The notes beneath the pieces are model-generated. The model saw only the letters and a program-made list of their open reading frames with translations. It ran no database searches and had not been told where the DNA came from. The translations under genes were made by a program, and so were the position numbers. From the NCBI GenBank assembly GCA_000163695.1, contig GG774889.1:520042-584041 (forward strand): a stretch of DNA of 64,000 nucleotides, written 5' to 3'. Source of the stretch: Bacteroidetes oral taxon 274 str. F0058. Its GTDB lineage: Bacteria; Bacteroidota; Bacteroidia; Bacteroidales; Paludibacteraceae. Below are positions 1 through 9,180 of this stretch, piece by piece; position 1 is the first letter of the stretch; the number at the start of each line of letters is the position of its first letter.

Positions 1-66
<66 letters not shown>

Positions 67-221
67 ATAGAGATAAGCGAAGGTGTATAAGTTATAAGAG
101 GGAGTATTTTTACTTTCTTATACTACGGAGTTGTTTTGATAGAGACATATAGAAATAAGACTATTGGATAAAGGACTTTTGGTCTTGCGTCTGATAGTTT
201 TTTGTTTATGTATTGGGAAAT

Positions 222-295
222 AGTCCTATAGCTCAGTTGGTTAGAGCGCCACACTGATAATGTGGAGGTCCGCAGTTCAACTCTGCGTGGGACTA
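222..295 (+). tRNA. tRNA-Ile (anticodon GAU) in the 16S-downstream spacer
   Basis: Cloverleaf with D-arm AGCTCAGTTGGTTAGAGC, anticodon loop CTGATAA, T-arm GGTTCAACTC and a 7-bp acceptor stem containing one G-U pair. Confidence 0.88.
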
Positions 296-314
296 CGATT
301 GAAAGGTTACAAAA

Positions 315-389
315 GGGGGATTAGCTCAGTTGGCTTAGAGCACCTGCCTTGCACGCAGGGGGTCAAGGGTTCGAGTCCCTTATTCTCCA
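315..389 (+). tRNA. tRNA-Ala (anticodon UGC)
   Basis: GGGGGATTAGCTCAGTTGG... with anticodon loop CTTGCAC and the G3:U70 Ala identity pair; the acceptor 3' strand ATTCTCC is followed by ACC. Confidence 0.88.
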
Positions 390-402
390 CCGATAGATGA
401 GG

Positions 403-432
403 CTGTTACACACGAGGTAACAGTCTTTTTTT
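403..432 (+). terminator. intrinsic terminator ending the 16S-tRNA-Ile-tRNA-Ala transcript
   Basis: Perfect hairpin CTGTTAC-acacgag-GTAACAG followed by T8. Confidence 0.75.
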
Positions 433-549
433 TGTATACGACCACCGGCGAGAAAAATGTTATTTGTTTCGTCAATTGTATGGTGTTGTCGATAGGCATT
501 GTCTATTTTGATATAAAATATATTGTTTGGCTATTTGGATATTATGATG

Positions 550-557
550 TAACTTTG
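550..557 (+). promoter_or_regulatory. Bacteroidota -7 promoter motif (TAnnTTTG) for dps
   Basis: TAACTTTG lies ~40 bp upstream of the dps ATG. Confidence 0.5.
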
Positions 558-598
558 CAGAAAAATTATTAATAATAAATTTATAAAGGAACAGTAAT

Positions 599-1066
599 AT
601 GAAAGTATTAGATTTTACGGGACTGAAAAATGTCCAGAAGGTAACAAAAGGTTTAAGTCAATTATTGGCAGATTTGCAGGTTTATTATACCAATCTCAGA
701 GGCTTCCATTGGAATATAAAAGGCAAAAATTTCTATGTTCTTCACAAACAATTTGAAGATATGTATAATGACGCTGCAGAAAAAGTCGACGAAGTAGCCG
801 AAAGACTGCTTATGTTGGGCGAAACTCCTCAGCACAATTTTTCGGATTATCTGAAAGTATCGCAAATAAAAGAAAGCGGTTTGGTAACCGATGGAGACCA
901 AGCGATGAAGAATATATTGGAAACATACAAATACCTTATCCACCTCGAACGTCAAATATCGGCAGATGCTGCCGAAATCGGCGATGACGCTACCGTAACA
1001 TTGATGGGCGATTACATCGAAGAGCAGGAAAAGGCTGTCTGGATGATGGTTGCTTATTTCCAATAA
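599..1066 (+). CDS. dps: Dps family DNA-protection / ferritin-like protein
   Basis: 155 aa; ...HWNIKGKNFYVLHKQFEDMYNDAAEKVDEVAERLLMLGETP... matches the Dps ferroxidase-centre region. Confidence 0.85.
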   Translation: MKVLDFTGLKNVQKVTKGLSQLLADLQVYYTNLRGFHWNIKGKNFYVLHKQFEDMYNDAAEKVDEVAERLLMLGETPQHNFSDYLKVSQIKESGLVTDGDQAMKNILETYKYLIHLERQISADAAEIGDDATVTLMGDYIEEQEKAVWMMVAYFQ

Positions 1067-1097
1067 AAATACTATCGATAAAACACAGAAGGGGTAT

Positions 1098-2117
1098 CTA
1101 TTCTTTTAGATATCCTTTTTTGTTTGTTTCCTTTTTGTGATATATTCGGCTAATGAGATAGTGTGGAATTAGGCAGTAGACAATCTGTGCACGCGACCAT
1201 TTATAGCATTTTTGGAAAAAAATCATAGCGATGGCAATAAAAAATACCGCACCTACAAATACCTCGAGAGGAAGATATGGCAGAACCTCCTCAGGTAGCA
1301 GTAAAGGGATAAGAGATATGGCTCCGGCGGGAGCGAAAAACTTACCCAACCACTCGAATAGCCCAAAGACAGCTATCAATATCGAAAAGGCGACAACCGC
1401 CAAGGGTAATCCGAGATAGAAGTGCCCCACGAGTTGAAATGTAGACCCGATAAGCGAACAGACCGATAGAAGCAGCACCGTCAGCACGGGGCGGTTGCGG
1501 AAGCCCGCTTTGGTGTTTACAAATTCTACGAACGAAACAATCAGTGGGGGAATTATTATATAAATATATGTGGAGTAATATCCTATGGCGGCAATTAAGA
1601 GAATGCAGACCGTCATTCCCGTCCAAATAGAAACAGCCGATTTTATGGGCTTGTCGGACGGTGTATATTCGAACCTGCTGCGGACACCATTTCGCTCGAA
1701 TATGTGTTTGACGGTAATAATGATAATGGTCATCGTCAATACCGACAGAGGGTATACCCAGCTTGTGGTGTGGAGTAGTACGGGTAGTATCAAAGCTGAC
1801 ACGAGCGGGTACAGCGTCGAACGTTGCGTAGTCAATATCACCCCCGCAATAACGAATGCTGCCACAATATTGAATATGAATGGAAGCGGTGAATAACACA
1901 CTATCAGCACTCCTGCAACGGCTGCCAGTGTCATCAGCAATATGAGTTGCCCGTTGCCGACCTGCCAAATATGTTTGTCGCTAATCCACAGACCTATTGT
2001 CAGTGCTGCCATCTCGGGGAATATTATCTCCCTCTCGCCGGTCAGTTCGGCGACTCCCACCATCAGTGCTATCATCGCCAGAGCCGAGCAGTATCTTATC
2101 TTCTTTTTGCCATTCAT
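1098..2117 (-). CDS. polytopic membrane protein, function unknown
   Basis: About 9-10 hydrophobic helices. Start chosen at the internal MNGKKK (2117) because the annotated ATG at 2171 overlaps the upstream gene; distal gene of the minus-strand cluster 8893->1098. Confidence 0.5.
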   Translation of the reverse strand: MNGKKKIRYCSALAMIALMVGVAELTGEREIIFPEMAALTIGLWISDKHIWQVGNGQLILLMTLAAVAGVLIVCYSPLPFIFNIVAAFVIAGVILTTQRSTLYPLVSALILPVLLHTTSWVYPLSVLTMTIIIITVKHIFERNGVRSRFEYTPSDKPIKSAVSIWTGMTVCILLIAAIGYYSTYIYIIIPPLIVSFVEFVNTKAGFRNRPVLTVLLLSVCSLIGSTFQLVGHFYLGLPLAVVAFSILIAVFGLFEWLGKFFAPAGAISLIPLLLPEEVLPYLPLEVFVGAVFFIAIAMIFFQKCYKWSRAQIVYCLIPHYLISRIYHKKETNKKGYLKE

Positions 2118-2142
2118 CGTATCCTGTCTTCTTCGAGTTTTT

Positions 2143-2796
2143 TTAGTATATGTCCATATCCAGCTCGTCAAAATCTTCTATTTCCGATAGTCTGACAAGT
2201 TGTTGTATTTTTATCTCGCTCCATATAGTTTTGAATACTTCGTCTCCACCTTCCGCATTTTTGTTCGTGTTTACGATTGTTCGCTTCTTTCGTGTTAGAA
2301 AGTTGATACTCTCGTCGCTATCGATTACTGCTCCGCCGTTACGACGGTCGTAGCCGATTAGTTCGAACTCCGAGTTGCGGTATCTGAATGTATATCGCCA
2401 ATATCCGTACCTACCGTGTGCATATTGGATATACAAATTACCTTTGCGTATCTCTACAAAGAGTTCGGGGGCGTAATAGGCGCCTCCGTCTTCATTCTCC
2501 GAAGAGAAACACTCTATATTGCGTACGGCTAATTCGTACAATCCGTTCTTTTTGAACAGTACTATTATACCTCTGCGGTTACGGTCTACTATCGAGTCGA
2601 AGTGGTTGTAGACGAAATTATCTTTGTCTGTCCCCTTAATTATGAACACACTATCGGCGATGCCGTCTTTGTTTAGGTCGCCTCCGACAGCGTCGAAAAT
2701 GACGTATCCTTTGGGTATTAAAGAGTAAGGGTTGTTGCTCTGTCCCCAAAGTGTTGCTGCAAAAGCAAATGATATTAATATTGGCAGTTTGTTCAT
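2143..2796 (-). CDS. secreted hypothetical protein with a Ca-binding-like DxNxDGxxD motif
   Basis: 217 aa with an N-terminal signal peptide (MNKLPILISFAFAATLWGQS) and the motif GDLNKDGIADS. Confidence 0.5.
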   Translation of the reverse strand: MNKLPILISFAFAATLWGQSNNPYSLIPKGYVIFDAVGGDLNKDGIADSVFIIKGTDKDNFVYNHFDSIVDRNRRGIIVLFKKNGLYELAVRNIECFSSENEDGGAYYAPELFVEIRKGNLYIQYAHGRYGYWRYTFRYRNSEFELIGYDRRNGGAVIDSDESINFLTRKKRTIVNTNKNAEGGDEVFKTIWSEIKIQQLVRLSEIEDFDELDMDIY

Positions 2797-2969
2797 TGGT
2801 ATGATATATTGAATTATATAAAGTAAATGTAAGTAAAATGCTAATTATCAGCGATATCTCTAAGTCTCGGAGAAGACACTAAATTATACAAAAAATAGAT
2901 ACGAATGGCGGATAACAACGATTTTTTTACAGAAAACCTTAGTAATCATATTGGGATATTTAATGTTTT

Positions 2970-4703
2970 TCAGAGTTCTATAAACAGAGTTGCATTTATC
3001 CGGTATTCGTTGTTGTGTATCTTTTCGGTAGAGGGGTTAGATAGTAGATGAGATACGACTCCCGGAGTGCCGTTGTATATTACGTCTATCGGGCGGCTAC
3101 CTCTCCTTATGTAATATTTGAGAGATATGCCTGCCTTTTGTCCGTTTTTAGTGATTGGGTATGAGAAGTAAAGCCCGCTCAAGACACTCACAGACCTGTC
3201 TGTATGGAAAGCGTATGGGAGGAATGTTGTCTGATAGTCGAGGCGAAATTCTCCGTATTCTACCTTATAGTCGTAGTTTATCGGGATATGCATAAAAAGT
3301 CGTGCGTCTACACCCCATTCTGCCTTGGCTGTGCGATGCTTGGCTCCTATGCCCAACGAGGGATATGCCGAGATTACAGACCAGTGTTGATTATTGAGCG
3401 AATAGCATTCGGACAGATAATCTGCCCCTACACCGAGCAACGCTTCGAGAGTGAAATTGTCTGTAAGATTGTAATTTATTTTCCCTTGCAACATATTTTG
3501 TGAAACTATCGATGTATATCGGCTGCGTGTGCCTACGAGTCGGTAATCATATATTGACGGATAATTTTCGTCGGGGCGATAAGCCTCGTAGATGTTCTCT
3601 TTACCTTTTCGTAGCCTGTTTTGGGTCTGAACCCCCACGGTATATTCGAGTGTGGAGTTTTTGACGAAAGCAAGCCATAGAGAACCGTTGAAATGATGAG
3701 TTGTGGAGCCGAAAAGGTTTTTGGCACTTGCCTCCTCCGTTTTCATCGATAGCAATACATATTCCAAGTCGGCTGTAATATCGGGACTTATATTTTTGTT
3801 TTTGCCTATATTGCTGTAAGTCAGTTTTGTATTTACACCTTCTATGTAATACATTCGGCGTATGCCGAAAGAGACGGGGCTCTCTTGCAGGTCGTAGTAT
3901 CCGAATCCGTATGTAACAAAGAAACGGTCTTGTTGATTGGGACGCCAGTTGAGTAGATGCAGATATTGTTTGTTACGGATATATGACGCACTCAGCGACA
4001 GAGCATCGCCCGAATCGAGCGGTAATGTGGCAGACGCTCTTAGTGTAAGATACGACAAGGTATTTGCACAGCGAGGGTCGGTCTGTCGTGATGCTATTTC
4101 ACCCTTTATACTTCCCTCGACTCCGTAATATAGCCTGTTCAGGTGAAAAGAGTATCCTCCGGCGACGTAATAGTTTTCGTATCGGTAATCGCCTCCGGTA
4201 GAGTCGGATATGATATATGGCAGATATAGATCGGCGTCGCGAATTGCATTCCAAGCATATCCTGCGTGTAGTCCTTTGGAAAAAGATATACTGCCGAATA
4301 TTGTACCGTAGTTCGATGTACCATAGATAGCATTGGCAAGTACTTCCGTATCTATGAAGGTGTTCCCGTTGTATGGTAAGAAGTCGCCCGATATTTTGCT
4401 GTCGGCGTACCGTAAACATACAGATGTTCGGCGAAAAGGTATACTGTCTGCCGACAGGCTGTCGTTGATGTTGATGACGTCGTCGAAGAAGTGTCCTTTG
4501 TGATTCTGTAGTTCGTACAGTGCCGGATGCCGATATATAATGTCAGCAATGTGAGAGTTAAGGTCGAAACGAAATCTGTCTGTCGTCTTTTCTGACTGTG
4601 ATAATGGTATTATTCTCCGTTCCGATGGATTGGACGAATATACATTATTTTGTATCAATAAGCCGAATAGTATATAGATGAGTATGTTACGAGATTTGGT
4701 CAT
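2970..4703 (-). CDS. outer-membrane beta-barrel-like hypothetical protein
   Basis: 577 aa with a signal peptide and Tyr/Gly-rich alternating amphipathic segments; lies immediately downstream of a TonB-dependent receptor gene. Confidence 0.45.
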   Translation of the reverse strand: MTKSRNILIYILFGLLIQNNVYSSNPSERRIIPLSQSEKTTDRFRFDLNSHIADIIYRHPALYELQNHKGHFFDDVININDSLSADSIPFRRTSVCLRYADSKISGDFLPYNGNTFIDTEVLANAIYGTSNYGTIFGSISFSKGLHAGYAWNAIRDADLYLPYIISDSTGGDYRYENYYVAGGYSFHLNRLYYGVEGSIKGEIASRQTDPRCANTLSYLTLRASATLPLDSGDALSLSASYIRNKQYLHLLNWRPNQQDRFFVTYGFGYYDLQESPVSFGIRRMYYIEGVNTKLTYSNIGKNKNISPDITADLEYVLLSMKTEEASAKNLFGSTTHHFNGSLWLAFVKNSTLEYTVGVQTQNRLRKGKENIYEAYRPDENYPSIYDYRLVGTRSRYTSIVSQNMLQGKINYNLTDNFTLEALLGVGADYLSECYSLNNQHWSVISAYPSLGIGAKHRTAKAEWGVDARLFMHIPINYDYKVEYGEFRLDYQTTFLPYAFHTDRSVSVLSGLYFSYPITKNGQKAGISLKYYIRRGSRPIDVIYNGTPGVVSHLLSNPSTEKIHNNEYRINATLFIEL

Positions 4704-4713
4704 TTTTTGTGTT

Positions 4714-7521
4714 TTATAGTATATTAACGGTTAATTCTGCTCCAAAAAACGGGATAGCCCACTCTCTTTCGGTTGTCTTGTCTGCTGCTTTGTAGTGCGG
4801 ATTGATATCTATCAGATTATCGATAAAGAATGAGAGTTTTATGTGCTTGCCAAATTCCTTGCTCGCTTTGAGATTGATAAATATCGATACAGGCTTAGTC
4901 TCGGTACGATAATACAGTTCCGAGCGTTCACGCCTGAGGTATCTGAATATTCCTGTCGTGGTTGCTATCTCTGCTTGGTCTACCTGGTGTATATTGCCGT
5001 CAAGGTCTAAATAATGAGAGGGTAGTACACTCTCTTCGTTGCCGTTGCGTAGCTTCGAGAACCATACCACCTGTATAAAGTTGGTAAATATCAACCCAAA
5101 CCGTTTGATATGTGTATTGATCCATATATTGGTATTCAGGCGGCTTTGATATATATGTGTATCTCCTTGGTATATACCAACGTATGGATACTTCTGTCCG
5201 AACTCTTTTACTTCGGGTCTATACATCACTGGTATACCTTTCGTGTATACGGTAAGATAATATGCTCCATTGAGTTCGATAGTGGTATTTATAGGTTTTA
5301 TGTATGGGCTTTTAATTCGGTATTCGATACCGCGTTTTGTGGTCTTTGCACTATTACGTACGACGGGAAATATCGAAAAGTCTCGATAGTATTCGGGTTC
5401 GTAGTCGTCTTTAGTGGGTTTACCCGTTACAGGGTGCTTGGGTTTTAGGTATCTTGTGAAAGCTACAGGATAATATTCGGGGAAATAACTGAAACCGCCG
5501 TTGTATTCTTCGTAGAATGCGGATAATGAAGTCTCTAAGTCTTTATATTGGAAATCCCAGCCAATCTCGAACTTTCTGTTTTTATTCTCTGTCAATGACG
5601 TGTTAAGCGGTGTATGAATGTATGTATTCACTAACAGATAGTCTCTGTCGGGCTGTTGGTAATATGCGTTCAATACGATAAAGTCTCTGTATAGCTTGTC
5701 GGGATAGAGCATATCTAATGTGGGTAGTTTATTCTCCTCTCCGTACCCTATACGGAATGTGTTAGAGACGGTATTGTCCGAGTTTGTCCTCGATTTAAGC
5801 GTAAGCCCACCTTGCAGACGAGGCTCTATCATAACTTTCCTACTAAGAGCGTATTCTTGCGGCAGATTAAACATATGAGTTGCCCTCAATCCAAGACGCA
5901 TATTTGCTTTCAACGAGTTGGATATGTCGAGTATCGCCCTGTCTTCTACATATAATGCTCCGTTTACTATTGCGGGTATCGTGTAGTTCGGTCGTGGGCG
6001 TATAAATGTATTGTCGCCCGGATACGGCGGGCGTGTGGGGTCTACTATCGAGCCTCTGCCTATGTTCTTATTCGATTTCAACTCAGCTCCGTACAACAGA
6101 TAATGGTCGAATGCCTCGCCTGTGGAGAACGAAGAATTTAAGTTGGTCTGGACGAAAAAATATAGAGGAATGTTTTCTATTTTATAATCGGAATAGTATT
6201 TTACAGGCAAGAAAATTCCTTCGTTCTCACCCGCAGTTGTGCTTATGGGCATACTGCTCGGTCCCATAGAGCTAAGCACCATTTTATGTCGAGATATTAT
6301 GTCGCTTGTAATGTCGGCAGAGCCCAATATCTCTATGCTGCTGACGAAAGGTGTATTTATGAGCCATTTGCCGTTGATGGATAGCATTGTCCTGAGATAG
6401 TCGGAACGGTAAAATTCGTCATTTTCGTCTATCAGTTCGTCGGACTTCACATTATTAACCGAAGCTGTGGAACTGAGTTTTGCCGACATATCAAGAGGTT
6501 TGTCTGCAAGGAGCACTTGATTTGTGTAGTTTATCTGTGCAGTTAAGCGGGTAAAACGCTCGAGTTTCTCTCTTACGTCGGGTGTCGACGATAAGGCGTC
6601 GGCTCCTATGTGTAGAGTTCCTGCTTTGTCGGATATTTTGAATCCCTTACCTGCGTAAATCAGTTTGTTGAGCGGGTCTGTCTTGATACGTACCCTAAGC
6701 GGAGTAACACCTCTTTTGGAATTGATATGAATGGCTCCGCTACTCAGATTGCCGTCTTTGGCAGACGATATTCCTCTCACTACTTCTATGCTTTCGATAT
6801 GGTCTGTCGATATGCTGCGCATATCTATACCTGCATTTACGGCTCCTCGACGGTAAAATGTCCGGTCTACGTTGTCGTCGCCTGATATACCGTACATCTG
6901 CGACCTTACAGCGTCGTTGGTCATTGGTACACCGTCGGCTATCAAACCCATACCGAGCGATGTGTTTTTGTCAGTGCCCGCTTGTCGCGTCCCAATAAGG
7001 TTGAAACGATGTAGCGAATTGCCGCCTATGATATTGCCGGGTAGCAACAGAAAAATATCGGCTATAGATACGGGTTGTATATATTCGAGAGCGGTCTGAC
7101 CTATTATGGCGTTACTCCCTTTTGATGGGCGGAACGTTGCCATTACCTCTACTCCCGACAGAGTATAGCTCTGTTCTTGGAGGTAAAACGTTACCGAGGT
7201 GTCGTTTTTTATCTCTATATCCTTTGTAACGGCTGCATAGTTGAGGCACGATACCTCTATTTTATATTTGCCGTGCCTGATACCCGATAGAGTATAACGT
7301 CCGTTTGCATCACACATCACGCCTTGCGATAACTCTTCTACACGTAGCGAGGCGAAACCGATACCTTTGCCCGTTTTTTTGTCTTTTACGTATCCCTGCA
7401 TTACAGAAGACTTATGCTCGTCTGTCTTCTGTGCGTAAACGGCTGTCGTTGCATATAGTATGGATATTGATATTAAAATAAATTTCCCGACAGCAGAAAA
7501 TCTGGTAGCAATTTGTTTCAT
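4714..7521 (-). CDS. TonB-dependent receptor (CarbopepD_reg-like N-domain + plug + barrel)
   Basis: 935 aa; N-terminal ...GYVKDKKTGKGIGFASLRVEELSQGVMCDANGRYTL... carboxypeptidase-regulatory-like fold followed by a plug-like region. Confidence 0.75.
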   Translation of the reverse strand: MKQIATRFSAVGKFILISISILYATTAVYAQKTDEHKSSVMQGYVKDKKTGKGIGFASLRVEELSQGVMCDANGRYTLSGIRHGKYKIEVSCLNYAAVTKDIEIKNDTSVTFYLQEQSYTLSGVEVMATFRPSKGSNAIIGQTALEYIQPVSIADIFLLLPGNIIGGNSLHRFNLIGTRQAGTDKNTSLGMGLIADGVPMTNDAVRSQMYGISGDDNVDRTFYRRGAVNAGIDMRSISTDHIESIEVVRGISSAKDGNLSSGAIHINSKRGVTPLRVRIKTDPLNKLIYAGKGFKISDKAGTLHIGADALSSTPDVREKLERFTRLTAQINYTNQVLLADKPLDMSAKLSSTASVNNVKSDELIDENDEFYRSDYLRTMLSINGKWLINTPFVSSIEILGSADITSDIISRHKMVLSSMGPSSMPISTTAGENEGIFLPVKYYSDYKIENIPLYFFVQTNLNSSFSTGEAFDHYLLYGAELKSNKNIGRGSIVDPTRPPYPGDNTFIRPRPNYTIPAIVNGALYVEDRAILDISNSLKANMRLGLRATHMFNLPQEYALSRKVMIEPRLQGGLTLKSRTNSDNTVSNTFRIGYGEENKLPTLDMLYPDKLYRDFIVLNAYYQQPDRDYLLVNTYIHTPLNTSLTENKNRKFEIGWDFQYKDLETSLSAFYEEYNGGFSYFPEYYPVAFTRYLKPKHPVTGKPTKDDYEPEYYRDFSIFPVVRNSAKTTKRGIEYRIKSPYIKPINTTIELNGAYYLTVYTKGIPVMYRPEVKEFGQKYPYVGIYQGDTHIYQSRLNTNIWINTHIKRFGLIFTNFIQVVWFSKLRNGNEESVLPSHYLDLDGNIHQVDQAEIATTTGIFRYLRRERSELYYRTETKPVSIFINLKASKEFGKHIKLSFFIDNLIDINPHYKAADKTTEREWAIPFFGAELTVNIL

Positions 7522-7633
7522 CTATTGTAAAAAACAGATTGGATATATCAAACAGGGTTTATGTATATTGATATATCCAACTGCTTTTAAGATTAAAAAA
7601 TACTAATTAAAATGGATAGCTTATCGTTCTGTC

Positions 7634-8893
7634 TTATTTTAGAATGTTCGAAGAACTGTTTTCGAACTCGTCTACTCCGCAAGGAAATTGTTTGTAGTAT
7701 GAGCTTGTGGTTATCGGTCGTCTCAGAATCCCTGAGTGTTGAGAAGATTTTTGTTTTTTGGGGAACGACGTCTGTCCTTTTACACGCTCGCAGTCTACAC
7801 TCGAATTGTTGGTGTCTTGTAGTTTGTGTCCTTGACCCGCTTTACGACGTATAAGTTCTTGGCGGTGGCAACCCGTTACCGTTATCGAACCTTGGTCTAC
7901 GGAAGCCGGTAGCGACTTTACCTTCAAGAAACCTTCGTTGCCCGTCTCTATGCCGTCTATTATGAGTCCTGCGGGCACCTTGTAGGTGAATTTTGTCTCA
8001 CCTTTTTTTGTTTTGTATTCGAACTTGTTGTTTTCCATAAAAGTCTTCATATCCGTTTCGGGTATGAAGATAAACGGAGCCAGCGGTCCACGTGGATGCA
8101 TATTGAATATACCCCAAACAGAGAAGTGTGCTATAAGATTCGGTACATCGGGGTTGTCTACGTCGGTACCGTATTGGGCAGGCATATCTGGCTCGTATAT
8201 TTCGAAATCAGCACCCGATAGGTCTACTGCGTTTTCGTACTCTTTGCTGTGGTCGATGGCAGTACGTGCCACTACTATCTGTTTGCCCGGTTCTACGGGG
8301 TAATCCTTACCATTGCCGGGGATAGAGTAAAACTGTGCTGCTACTACCTCACCGGGGAGCAGTGCAGTAAATACATCTGCTTCGCTCCAGTTTGCGTGTG
8401 CAGATACGGAGAAAGTTACGCCGTCGGCGTATACTGTCTCATCTCCGTTGTTGTACAGTACAAAGTACTGGTCGGGGTGCATCATCTGTCCGCTGTTGGT
8501 CTCGCCGTTGAAGAATATCTCTTTGAATACAAGACCTTCCGGTTTTGTAACACTACGTACAACCTTGATGTTGACAGTTTCCGATTGTGTTACTGAGTAG
8601 TTCTCCTTTGTACCGAAATACTTTACATTGACGTTTTGCCAGCCGGCACTCAGAGTATATGTGCCTTTGTCTACCGTTACTTGACAGGTGCCTTTGGCAT
8701 CGAGTTCTTTCATAATGATTTTCAGTGTCCTCAACTCTTTTATCTCAACTGTGAATTTAGAGTAATCGCTTACGTTCTCGTCAGATGTTACCTGTATGGT
8801 CAAAGTAGCCGTTTCGTCTGTCTTTTTACACGAACCGAAAAATAATATCCCTGCAATGAGAGACAATGCTAATAGATTATTTTTGAATAACAT
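7634..8893 (-). CDS. lipoprotein, function unknown (first gene of the TBDR cluster)
   Basis: 419 aa with lipobox FFGSC-KK. The last ~90 aa are low-complexity, atypical composition (possible frameshift or real tail). Confidence 0.5.
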   Translation of the reverse strand: MLFKNNLLALSLIAGILFFGSCKKTDETATLTIQVTSDENVSDYSKFTVEIKELRTLKIIMKELDAKGTCQVTVDKGTYTLSAGWQNVNVKYFGTKENYSVTQSETVNIKVVRSVTKPEGLVFKEIFFNGETNSGQMMHPDQYFVLYNNGDETVYADGVTFSVSAHANWSEADVFTALLPGEVVAAQFYSIPGNGKDYPVEPGKQIVVARTAIDHSKEYENAVDLSGADFEIYEPDMPAQYGTDVDNPDVPNLIAHFSVWGIFNMHPRGPLAPFIFIPETDMKTFMENNKFEYKTKKGETKFTYKVPAGLIIDGIETGNEGFLKVKSLPASVDQGSITVTGCHRQELIRRKAGQGHKLQDTNNSSVDCERVKGQTSFPKKQKSSQHSGILRRPITTSSYYKQFPCGVDEFENSSSNILK

Positions 8894-9089
8894 ATAAGAA
8901 ACAAATTATTAAATTAAAAAAACAATTTATATAAAATTATAATTCACAAAATTACACTAAGCAACCTATACGTGTCAATACCTAAAACAAGTGATTTTTT
9001 ATAGATAAATTAATGTGATAAGGTATGCCTGTTGAATCTACAAAATCAAAATAATCAGGAAAGATTGTTTGTCTATTTGTTTTTTTTAA

Positions 9090-9097
9090 TAACTTTG
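9090..9097 (+). promoter_or_regulatory. -7 promoter motif TAACTTTG for LRR gene 1
   Basis: Preceded by a T7 tract; lies ~84 bp upstream of the ATG, so the leader is long. Confidence 0.5.
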
Positions 9098-9180
9098 TCA
9101 TTTCGGATAAAATAATAGATAAAAGCTATATATAAGGTTCAGATAATATATTTTTATTAACTAAATAATTCGTATAAAAG

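Noticed and set aside
1231-2195. Overlapping small ORFs on both strands within 1098-2171
   Set aside because: They are nested in the polytopic membrane protein gene, have no start context, and reflect the frame permissiveness of a hydrophobic-codon-rich region.
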